Below are positions 12,013 to 19,270 of a stretch of DNA of 32,000 nt, in pieces. Source of the stretch: Desulfotalea psychrophila LSv54 (GTDB lineage Bacteria; Desulfobacterota; Desulfobulbia; Desulfobulbales; Desulfocapsaceae); assembly GCF_000025945.1 (NCBI RefSeq), contig NC_006138.1, forward strand, positions 3,450,001 to 3,482,000, written 5' to 3'. The notes beneath the pieces are model-generated. The model was not told the DNA's origin. It did not search any database and saw nothing but the letters and a program-made list of their open reading frames with translations. The first letter of the stretch is position 1. Every line of letters begins with the position of its first letter. Made by a program: the position numbers and the translations under genes.

Positions 12013-12857
12013 TGCTTGAAGCCCTCCAATTTGAATTTATGCGTAATGCCCTTATGGCGGGAATGCTGGCCAGCATACTCTGTGGCATCATCGGTAGTCT
12101 CATCGTTATTAACCGACTGGTCTTTCTCTCGGGTGGCATCGCCCACAGCGCCTACGGAGGCATCGGTCTGGCAGCATTCTGCGGTTGGCCCTACCTGCTG
12201 GGGGCCACAGGTTTTTCCCTGGTCTCTGCCATGGTTATGGCCGCTGTCTCCATCAAGGCCAAGCATCGGGCCGATACCATCATTGGTGTTATATGGGCCC
12301 TGGGCATGGCCATAGGTATCCTCCTCCTTGATATGACGCCTGGCTATAACGTCGACCTGATGAGCTACCTCTTTGGCAGCATCCTCAGTGTCCCCACTGC
12401 AGATCTGGGCATAATGGCAGCCATAGGCTGCATTATCTTATTTGTGGTAGGATTTTTCTTCAGTGATATTTCGGCGATGTCCTATGACGAGGAATTTGCT
12501 CAGGTACGGGGCGTGCCCGTCCGTCCGCTCTACTTCCTCCTCATCGGCATTGTGGCCATCACCGTGGTGATGGTTGTCCAGCTTGTGGGATTGATCCTGG
12601 TCATAGCCCTGCTGAGCATCCCGGCCCATATCGCTGAAAAGTATACCAAGTCCCTATTAGGAATGATGGGCCTCTCCTGCCTTCTCGGTATGGGATTTAT
12701 TCTGGGCGGACTCTGGCTCTCCTACACCTACGACCTCACCTCGGGAGCCACCATTATCTTCTTTGCCGGAGTCGTCTTCTTTCTCTCTCTAGGCCTGGAC
12801 AAGATAATTTCCTTCCTGCGCAAACGAAGAATCGTCCTAGCCCACAGGCCCTCTTAA
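12012..12857 (+). CDS. znuB: Metal ABC transporter permease
   Basis: A polytopic membrane protein with ZnuB/TroCD-type composition, translationally coupled to the ATPase gene. Confidence 0.85.
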   Translation: MLEALQFEFMRNALMAGMLASILCGIIGSLIVINRLVFLSGGIAHSAYGGIGLAAFCGWPYLLGATGFSLVSAMVMAAVSIKAKHRADTIIGVIWALGMAIGILLLDMTPGYNVDLMSYLFGSILSVPTADLGIMAAIGCIILFVVGFFFSDISAMSYDEEFAQVRGVPVRPLYFLLIGIVAITVVMVVQLVGLILVIALLSIPAHIAEKYTKSLLGMMGLSCLLGMGFILGGLWLSYTYDLTSGATIIFFAGVVFFLSLGLDKIISFLRKRRIVLAHRPS

Positions 12858-12917
12858 AGAAGAAGGGCCCGCCAGGTATTCTGACTGTCTACATAGGTAG
12901 TGTTCAAAGACTGACAG

Positions 12918-13211
12918 GCCGTCTACATCTGTATATTGTCTGTTTCCTCGATGTTTGAGCCTTTATACATTTGTATATTGCCCGTCTACTCGGGTTTTCA
13001 GGCCGTATACATTTGTATATTGCCCGATTACTCGGTGTTTGAGCCTTTATACATTTGTATATTGTCTGTTTCCTCGATGTTTCGGGCTTTATACAGATGT
13101 ATATTGCTTCACTACTGGAGTTTTCAGGATTTATACAGATGTATATTGCGCCAATATTCTGGTTTTCAGGCTTTTTGCATCTGTTTATTCTCTCATGAGC
13201 CTAAGCTTAGG
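12918..13211. repeat. Seven head-to-tail 42-bp units, each carrying a conserved dyad core TA(TA)CA-NN-TGTATATTG
   Basis: Core starts are at 12924, 12966, 13008, 13050, 13092, 13134 and 13176, exactly 42 bp apart. Units 2-4 read TATACATTTGTATATTG and units 5-6 read TATACAGATGTATATTG. Unit 1 reads TCTACATCTGTATATTG and unit 7 is degenerate (TTTGCATCTGTTTATTC). The other 21 bp of each unit are related but much more divergent. Confidence 0.9.
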
Positions 13212-13245
13212 GTTTGCCTCAACAGGTAAGGCCTCTTTCTTCAGT

Positions 13246-13277
13246 CGTCATTTTCTTTTACTCAAAAGAAAATGACG
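13246..13277. other. Perfect 14-bp hairpin with an ACTC tetraloop and no U tract on either strand
   Basis: CGTCATTTTCTTTT (13246-13259) pairs without mismatch to AAAAGAAAATGACG (13264-13277). Confidence 0.8.
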
Positions 13278-13340
13278 GTTCAATAATGAATAGGTGGAGC
13301 TAAAACAAATCAATCAGACTGTTTAAAGTTTACACTGCAC

Positions 13341-13506
13341 TAGTGCTTTGTAGAGCTTTAGATATCGTAAATATTGTTTAGCCATTTTGGTGCGCTGCAA
13401 GGCACGAATGAAGGAGCATAGCAGCGCTATGTGACCGAATGAGAAACGAAGTCAGCGCGAGAAAAGGGCAAACAATATACGGGGGATAAAGTTTTACAGA
13501 GCACTA
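13341..13506 (+). other. 166-nt rod-like imperfect palindrome (candidate structured RNA or MITE/ERIC-like element); strand assignment tentative
   Basis: The outer helix pairs 13341-13360 with 13487-13506: 20 contiguous pairs, 17 Watson-Crick plus 3 G-U in the plus sense. A 5x5 internal loop follows. Then 13366-13383 pairs with 13466-13481 (3+9+3 bp with A bulges), and UUUU/AAAA and UGCGCUG/CAGCGCG extend the rod. The apical hairpin is CAUAGC-AGC-GCUAUG (13417-13431). The right arm overlaps the mocA stop codon. Confidence 0.6.
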
Positions 13507-14094
13507 AAGGCGAGGCCACTCTGCCAGAAGTTGCTGATAGCGTTCCGGGGTATCTATATCGACAAATTCAGCGGAATCGCTAAATTCAAGACTGCAGAGC
13601 AGATGGGGATGGGCACGAATCACCTGCCGACCACCCTCATCCCCCTCCAGAGCCAATAGCTGAGGGCCAAGAGAGGCGGGAAAGATAACAGGATTTCTAG
13701 GCTTTCCTGCCACCTCGGGGCGAACGATTCGACTCTTATCCCTACTAAAAAGCGCCACCATCCTCTCTATACTTGCCGGACGCAGACAGGGCTGATCCGC
13801 CACCGCAAAGAGAAAACCGTCCTGAGCGCGGCTCAACTCAAGGCCCAAACGTACGGAGTAACTCTGCCCCCTCTCTGGATGACTATTGCGCACCAGATGA
13901 AGAGGATAAGACCCCGCACATCCTGCCACCTGATCGTCTGCGTAGATGAGAAAAACTGATCTAAAGAGATGGTAGGGAAAGGCATCCAGAAACACCTCCA
14001 GCAGTGTTTTACCACCGAGGGGCAGGAGAAGCTTATTGGTGCCCATCCGCCTCGAAAAACCTGCCGCTGGGATAATGGCATCAAGTTCAGGCAT
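13504..14094 (-). CDS. mocA: MobA-like nucleotidyltransferase, probable molybdenum cofactor cytidylyltransferase
   Basis: The N-terminal motif IIPAAGFSRRMGTNKLLLPLGGKTLLE is typical of MobA/MocA. I chose the start at ATG 14094, with GAGGAGAGGG upstream; it overlaps the yqeC stop (ATGCCTGA). Confidence 0.75.
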   Translation of the reverse strand: MPELDAIIPAAGFSRRMGTNKLLLPLGGKTLLEVFLDAFPYHLFRSVFLIYADDQVAGCAGSYPLHLVRNSHPERGQSYSVRLGLELSRAQDGFLFAVADQPCLRPASIERMVALFSRDKSRIVRPEVAGKPRNPVIFPASLGPQLLALEGDEGGRQVIRAHPHLLCSLEFSDSAEFVDIDTPERYQQLLAEWPRL

Positions 14095-14815
14095 AGACCC
14101 TCTCCTCATGGATACTCCCGGCCACAAATTCTCTAGTCGGACACAGTTTTCTCAGGGCACTGGCCTCTTGAAAAAGCTCTGCAGACTCGACCTTGTTCAG
14201 ATAGATCTGCTCCCGGCCATGGGCGCGGGCAAACATACCACAGCCCCCCTCCACCACCCGTCGCAGGTGGTCAAGACTGAGTGCATCACCGGGAGAGGCA
14301 TCGGTAAGCTCCAGAAAGAGAGGGAGACGATGGACAAGACTCTGGTCAATCCGCTCCCCCAACACACTTATATCCAGCACCCCTATACTATGGGTGGTGC
14401 AGGCTGGCACAACCGGCTCCGTCTCCTTCCACCCCTTAAGGGGCAGGCACTTAGAGCCATCGGCCTCTATCAGGACCAGATCAAAAAACTTGCTAGAGCT
14501 CAGCAAAAGAGAATCTGCCAGCCCCGCCAACTTTCCCTCCTCGGCGGGCAGACCGGCAACATAGATCCCGGCCTGAGTTGGCTGGAACGCAAAGCCCTCT
14601 CCACTCAAATCTATCTCATCGTAGAGCTCTGGCTCAGGGACAAAGATCCTGGTACTGGTTGTAACCAGCACCCTCATGCCTCTGGCCCGCGCTTCACGGG
14701 CAATTTGAAACATAAGAGATGTCTTCCCCCCGGCGCCAATGATTGCGGCAACAGAGCCGCAACCAAGGCCAAAGGCTGTGAGAAAACTCTCCTCTCTATG
14801 CCAGTTTTCCATCAT
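14087..14815 (-). CDS. yqeC: YqeC-family putative selenium-dependent hydroxylase accessory protein
   Basis: It is 242 aa with the P-loop-like N-terminus AIIGAGGKTSLMFQIA and the later LIEADGSK block that I recognise from the YqeC family. It is translationally coupled on both sides within a Mo hydroxylase operon. Confidence 0.7.
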   Translation of the reverse strand: MMENWHREESFLTAFGLGCGSVAAIIGAGGKTSLMFQIAREARARGMRVLVTTSTRIFVPEPELYDEIDLSGEGFAFQPTQAGIYVAGLPAEEGKLAGLADSLLLSSSKFFDLVLIEADGSKCLPLKGWKETEPVVPACTTHSIGVLDISVLGERIDQSLVHRLPLFLELTDASPGDALSLDHLRRVVEGGCGMFARAHGREQIYLNKVESAELFQEASALRKLCPTREFVAGSIHEERVYA

Positions 14816-17099
14816 TCATCCCCAATAGCACCTTTTCAGCAGTTGCCGGTAGATCACGACAAAAGAACCCCGTCGCATTGTAAATTGCCTGAATAATTGC
14901 CGGAGCGGGGGCATTACAGACCACCTCGCCCACCGATTTGGCTCCATAGGGACCCGTCGGCTCATAGCTCTCTTCAAAGGCGACCTGAATACCATGGACA
15001 TCCTGACGACATGGCATACGGTATTCCATAAAGGAGTTAGTGGTAAGGCGACCCTTGGCTGAATAACGCACCTCTTCGTAGAGGGCCAGACCAATACCCA
15101 TCACCACCCCACTTTCCACCTGAATGGTCGCCAGATTCTTATTGATAACAGTACCGCAATCAACCACGGCAACATAGTCTGTGACCTGGGACTCTCCGGT
15201 TTCGAGATCCACCTCCACCTCGGCAAAACCTGCAATAAATGGAGGGGGAGAGGTATCGCCACCAAAGCTGCCCTTACCCACGAGCTGATCCATGCCGGCA
15301 AAAGAAGAAAGAATGGCCGCCAACTCAGAAAGAGAAATCTCTTGACCGGCCTCAGCGCTGAAGACACCTTCATGATAGCTGATATCTGTCAGCGAACAGT
15401 CCATATGCCTGGCCGCAGTTTCCCTCATCTGTCTAAGGAGATCTTCGGCCGACCTGATTGTGGCATTACCTGTGACATAGGTGCCACTGGAGGCATAGGC
15501 ACCCGGATCATAGGGCAGGGTGTCCAGATCAAAACTGGTGACATTAATCTGATCCATTCCCACCTCCAGAACCTCGGCGGCAATCTGATTAAGTACCGTA
15601 TCCGAGCCCTGACCGATGTCTGCGGCCGAATGACTGAGGGTAAAAAAACCATCCTCATTGAGCTTTATCAGTACCGTTGAGGTATCAATTTTGGCAATTC
15701 CTGAACCCTGCATGGTAACAGCCATACCGTAGCCACGCATCTTCGTTGCACTGATCCTTTTGGCGGGATAATTTTCCTCCCAACCGATCAGCTCCTTACC
15801 CCTTCTTATGCAGCTGCCCAGAGAACTACTCTTTAATACCACGGGCTTTTCAGGCGTTGAACCGCAGAGCATGGCACTACTCTCACCTTCGGCGATGAGG
15901 TTCTGCAAACGCAGGGCCGCCGGGTCCATACCGAGCTTTTCGGCAAGCTCATTTATCGCCGATTCCAAGGCAAAGGTGCCCTGAGTCGCGCCATAACCAC
16001 GAAAGGCGCCAGCAGGGGTTTTATTAGTATAGAGGGCATGACCATGATAACGACAGGCACGGGCCTTGCCATAAAGAGGCATGGTCTTCTCTCCCGCCAC
16101 CCAAAAAACAGTGGCCGCATGCTCACCATAGGCCCCGGTATCAGAGAGGCAGTAGATATCAACGGCATTGATATTACCGGCCAGATCAGCACCCAATCGT
16201 ACCCGCATCTGCATGGCATGCCGAGTACTGGTACTGGTAAAGGTCTCCTCACGGCTATAGACAATTCGAGCCGGTTTTCCGGTCTTGAGAGTGACAAGGG
16301 CGGGAAATATCTCCACGGGCGCGCTCTGCTTACCACCAAAGCCACCACCAACCCGAGGTTTGAGCATCTTTATCTTGCTCCGAGGGATATCAAAGATATG
16401 AGCCAGATGACGGCGAATATGAAAGGGCACCTGGGTGGAGGTCATCACCTGCAGACGACCATGAACATCCAAGGAAGTAGAGGCCCGATAGGTCTCCATC
16501 ATGCCATGGGCCTGGGCCTGGGTATTATAGGTCCGATCAATAATCACCTCGGAGGCAGCAAGTTCAGCCTCCACATCACCCCGACCGACATCCTGGCTGG
16601 CAGCAATATTACGCAGGGCATCGTTACCGATATCAAAGTGAGTATAGGGCTGGCTCTCATGTACCTGAACAGCGTTATCCAGGGCCTCTTCCAGGCTTAA
16701 AACTGGAGTAGTAACCTCATACTTCACCTTGATCTTATCGATAGCCTCAAGGGCGGTAATCTCATCAACAGCAGCAACAATGGCCACCTCATCACCCACA
16801 TAGCGAACCCTGTCCTCAAGAATTCTTCTATCATAGGGCGATGGCTCAGGAAAAGACTGACCGGCAAGGGTGAAACTTTTTTCCGGCACATCCTTATGGG
16901 TAAGGACACACTCCACCCCGGGCATGGCCTCGGCAAGGGAGCTATCAATGGAGAGAATTCTGGCCGCAGCATGAGGACTGCGAAGAATCTTTACCACCAG
17001 GGCGCTGTTATTAGTATCCAAATCACTGGTATAGGCAGGTGTACCCTTAACCAGGGCAAGACCGTCTATCTTGGCAATGCTCTTTCCTATATATTGCAT
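14796..17099 (-). CDS. Molybdopterin-binding large subunit of a xanthine dehydrogenase / aldehyde oxidase family hydroxylase
   Basis: It is 767 aa. The N-terminal a/b-hammerhead region is IGKSIAKIDGLALVKGTPAYTSDL, and typical Mo-binding blocks are present (VGGGFGGK, GAFRGYGATQG, QGSDTV..., GPYGAKSVGE). The start overlaps the 2Fe-2S gene stop (TAATG). Confidence 0.9.
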   Translation of the reverse strand: MQYIGKSIAKIDGLALVKGTPAYTSDLDTNNSALVVKILRSPHAAARILSIDSSLAEAMPGVECVLTHKDVPEKSFTLAGQSFPEPSPYDRRILEDRVRYVGDEVAIVAAVDEITALEAIDKIKVKYEVTTPVLSLEEALDNAVQVHESQPYTHFDIGNDALRNIAASQDVGRGDVEAELAASEVIIDRTYNTQAQAHGMMETYRASTSLDVHGRLQVMTSTQVPFHIRRHLAHIFDIPRSKIKMLKPRVGGGFGGKQSAPVEIFPALVTLKTGKPARIVYSREETFTSTSTRHAMQMRVRLGADLAGNINAVDIYCLSDTGAYGEHAATVFWVAGEKTMPLYGKARACRYHGHALYTNKTPAGAFRGYGATQGTFALESAINELAEKLGMDPAALRLQNLIAEGESSAMLCGSTPEKPVVLKSSSLGSCIRRGKELIGWEENYPAKRISATKMRGYGMAVTMQGSGIAKIDTSTVLIKLNEDGFFTLSHSAADIGQGSDTVLNQIAAEVLEVGMDQINVTSFDLDTLPYDPGAYASSGTYVTGNATIRSAEDLLRQMRETAARHMDCSLTDISYHEGVFSAEAGQEISLSELAAILSSFAGMDQLVGKGSFGGDTSPPPFIAGFAEVEVDLETGESQVTDYVAVVDCGTVINKNLATIQVESGVVMGIGLALYEEVRYSAKGRLTTNSFMEYRMPCRQDVHGIQVAFEESYEPTGPYGAKSVGEVVCNAPAPAIIQAIYNATGFFCRDLPATAEKVLLGMNDGKLA

Positions 17100-17548
17100 T
17101 ACTCAACCCCCATATACTTCTTAATGGCCCGCAACTGCCCCTTATAACCGGAGCAGCGACAGAGATTACCGGCAAGATAGTGACGAATATCGTCCTCCGT
17201 CGGTGTCTCCAATTCGCGTCGCATGGCCAAAACGGTCATGACAAAGCCGGGGGCACAGTAACCGCACTGCTCAGCACCCTCCTCCACCATAAAACGACCA
17301 AACTCTTCTGCCTCTTTTTGCAGGGCCTCGATGGTGGTAATTTCCCGATCAAGGGTTCTGGCAGTGAGGGTTGAACAGGAGAGGATCGGTTTACCATCAA
17401 GCCAGACGGTACAAAGACCACAGGAGCCGGTATTGCAACCCTCTTTGACACTGAGATAGCCATAACGTCTGAGGGTGGTTGCCAAAAATTCACCCGGAAC
17501 AAAGTCAAGCACTACTGGACGACCATTAATATTGGTTTTAAGCTGCAT
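17099..17548 (-). CDS. [2Fe-2S]-binding small subunit of the Mo hydroxylase (CoxS/XdhC-type iron-sulfur subunit)
   Basis: Both 2Fe-2S motifs are present: GCNTGSCGLCTV and QCGYCAPGFVM...CRCSGY. Confidence 0.9.
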   Translation of the reverse strand: MQLKTNINGRPVVLDFVPGEFLATTLRRYGYLSVKEGCNTGSCGLCTVWLDGKPILSCSTLTARTLDREITTIEALQKEAEEFGRFMVEEGAEQCGYCAPGFVMTVLAMRRELETPTEDDIRHYLAGNLCRCSGYKGQLRAIKKYMGVE

Positions 17549-18335
17549 CCCTTACCTCCATAAGACAACGTTTAACAAGAGCGGGACAAACAGCCCGACG
17601 ATAGGCCTCACTTCCCCGAGGGTTGTCGCCAAACTTCAACTCCTCCACAACCATTTGAGCTGCTTTAAGGATGGCAGCATCGGAGAGTCCATGCTCACCG
17701 AGATGAATTTCAGCAAGATTAGCCCGCAGAGATCGTCCCGGCCTGCTACCCACCACAATGCGATAAGTCTTACCCACCTGGGAAACAGCAACATTGAGAA
17801 TAGCATAATCAGTTGCCGACTTACGAACACTGGTATAGGAACCGGCTGTTGCCCCTTTAGGGATGATAATCTTCAGCAGAATATCACGCAGCCCCTTACC
17901 AAGCAGATAGTCTGTAAGACGTACCCTGCCAGCACCGTGGAATAACAACTCGGCATCGAGGGCCACCAGAGCCGTAATAGGATCCGAAAAAGGATAACGG
18001 CCCATGACCGAGCCACCAATGGTCACGCAATTTCGAAGCTGAACACCAACTATATTTTTAACAGAGCGGGAAAGCAGGCCCTGACACATTTCAAGAATGA
18101 GGGGATTGGTTTCAATTTCCCGCAGAGAGGTCATTGCCCCAATCTCAAGACTACTGTCTGAATCCACCACGGTATCAAGACCCAATTTTACTAAATCTAT
18201 TGCCGTATCAATTCTACGTCCGGCAAGACGCAGATAACCACAGCCCCCAAGCACCACACTGGCGGGGACATCCTGAAGTACCTGATACGCATCTTCCAGA
18301 GAAGATGGGCAAAGATAATTGCCTATTTTGAACAT
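17538..18335 (-). CDS. FAD-binding subunit of the Mo hydroxylase (CoxM/XdhB-like)
   Basis: It is 265 aa and is the first gene of the operon. It has the layout of a molybdopterin-dehydrogenase FAD-binding domain (LGGCGYLRL..., IGGSV...) and overlaps the 2Fe-2S gene start. Confidence 0.8.
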   Translation of the reverse strand: MFKIGNYLCPSSLEDAYQVLQDVPASVVLGGCGYLRLAGRRIDTAIDLVKLGLDTVVDSDSSLEIGAMTSLREIETNPLILEMCQGLLSRSVKNIVGVQLRNCVTIGGSVMGRYPFSDPITALVALDAELLFHGAGRVRLTDYLLGKGLRDILLKIIIPKGATAGSYTSVRKSATDYAILNVAVSQVGKTYRIVVGSRPGRSLRANLAEIHLGEHGLSDAAILKAAQMVVEELKFGDNPRGSEAYRRAVCPALVKRCLMEVRDAA

Positions 18336-18534
18336 AATCGAAAAATCCTTGGTAAATTTTTACCCACAGGGAAAAGCTTAAAAAAGTTAGGTCTTTCAAT
18401 AAAGGCGCATAAAAAATTTCACCACAGACAGCGCTGATATCACAGCCTCTGTGCTTACCTTCAAGGATAAAATTTTTCATGTAACACAAAGATTTGCAGA
18501 AAAGACTATTTTCAAAATTTCCTAAGGGGGAAGA

Positions 18535-19167
18535 CTACATCATATCTAAAAGTTGTTGCCGTAACAGAGCACCCCTATCGTAAACATCTGCCCATTGGTT
18601 ATAGCTATGTCCAAAAAATGGATACCTCTTTTTCAGCCAAAGAGGTAGGCGGTTCGCATAGATCCCCCGCAGATAAAGAAGAAGACCGATGGTACACCAG
18701 GGTTCATCGCTGGCATGCTCAAAGAGAAGCGGTTCCCCAGGCAGGCCGCCATGTTTTTTACAGAGGCGGCGAAGACCCCAATAGTGATTTCGCCAACAAG
18801 ACCTGCAAGAGATAAGAAAATCCACCCTGGTTGCCGCCACAATATCCCCATAGTCCTGCCAAAAAGCGAGGATCGGAGCACTTGGCTGAAAAGACCAGGT
18901 TGGGCCTGCAATAATAATATGGTCATAATGACTACGTTGCAGGCAAGGGTCTTCTATCTGACAGCGCCTGCGCCAAAAGGGTTGCCACATGGCCTTGAGA
19001 AGCGAAAAGTTTGAACGAAGGGGGAGGCGAAGGGGGTGGAGGGGATGTAAACTACATATTTCTAAACAAATTTTCGGGTCAGACAAACCTGAGCTATAGG
19101 CTTCAAGAAGGCCCCTGGTTTGATTAGTTAGAGAATAGTAAACAATGAGTACATGCTTTTTCTTCAT
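18535..19167 (-). CDS. Flavodoxin-like-fold protein, function unknown
   Basis: The start is set at ATG 19167 (MKKKHVLIVYYSLTNQTRGLLE, a flavodoxin-type first beta-strand and phosphate loop). The longer track ORF would run through the dsrP terminator. The rest is rich in Cys, Trp and Arg and I do not recognise a family. Confidence 0.5.
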   Translation of the reverse strand: MKKKHVLIVYYSLTNQTRGLLEAYSSGLSDPKICLEICSLHPLHPLRLPLRSNFSLLKAMWQPFWRRRCQIEDPCLQRSHYDHIIIAGPTWSFQPSAPILAFWQDYGDIVAATRVDFLISCRSCWRNHYWGLRRLCKKHGGLPGEPLLFEHASDEPWCTIGLLLYLRGIYANRLPLWLKKRYPFFGHSYNQWADVYDRGALLRQQLLDMM

Positions 19168-19216
19168 AGGTTTTACCCCCAGCCAAAAGAACAGCTTCTG
19201 AAGAGACGAAAAAGGC

Positions 19217-19249
19217 AAAAAAGCCCCCGAAAATTCGGGGGCTTTTTTA
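19217..19249 (-). terminator. Rho-independent (bidirectional) terminator after dsrP
   Basis: AGCCCCCGA (19222-19230) pairs with TCGGGGGCT (19235-19243). It is flanked by an A6 run and a T6 run and lies 22 nt after the dsrP stop. Confidence 0.9.
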
Positions 19250-19270
19250 TAAATCAACCACAAACTAGAA

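Noticed and set aside
12918-13211. CRISPR array interpretation of the 42-bp periodic repeats
   Set aside because: The repeat part is only about 15-21 bp. The 21-bp 'spacers' are homologous to one another (units 1 and 4 are nearly identical), so they are not unique. No cas genes or leader are present.
12936-13275. Two overlapping plus-strand ORFs (97 and 106 aa) encoding 14-aa repeats (for example ..LYICIL..)
   Set aside because: The frames are open only because a 42-bp (3 x 14) unit without stops is iterated. One ORF starts at TTG and there is no RBS. Conservation is highest at a DNA dyad rather than following codon structure.
12924-13400. dif/Xer recombination site (the cores share TGTATATT with E. 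coli dif, and GGTGCGC occurs at 13389-13395)
   Set aside because: The matches are limited to 7-8 nt. The flanking XerC and XerD arms do not align. A dif site is a single 28-bp site, not a seven-unit array.
13341-13506. 6S RNA, retron msr/msd, or integron attC identity for the rod-like palindrome
   Set aside because: - 6S RNA: the large bubble sits next to a very short apical stem, not between two long stems.
- Retron or integron: no reverse transcriptase or integrase gene is nearby.
- attC: there are no R''/R' (GTTRRRY) cores at the element ends.
14036-14896. 286-aa plus-strand ORF antisense to yqeC/mocA, and similar long antisense ORFs at 23295-24065, 16038-16700, 8208-8789, 25250-25840, 28003-28590 and 21874-22437
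   Set aside because: All lie fully inside well-supported genes on the opposite strand. They have low-complexity, unbalanced compositions (rich in H, P, R, T and K) and no RBS, so they are shadow ORFs.
18336-18534. Moco riboswitch upstream of the Mo hydroxylase operon
   Set aside because: Reading the minus-strand leader, I found none of the conserved Moco-motif segments and no extended multi-stem structure. There is only a short CACAG-AGG-CUGUG hairpin.
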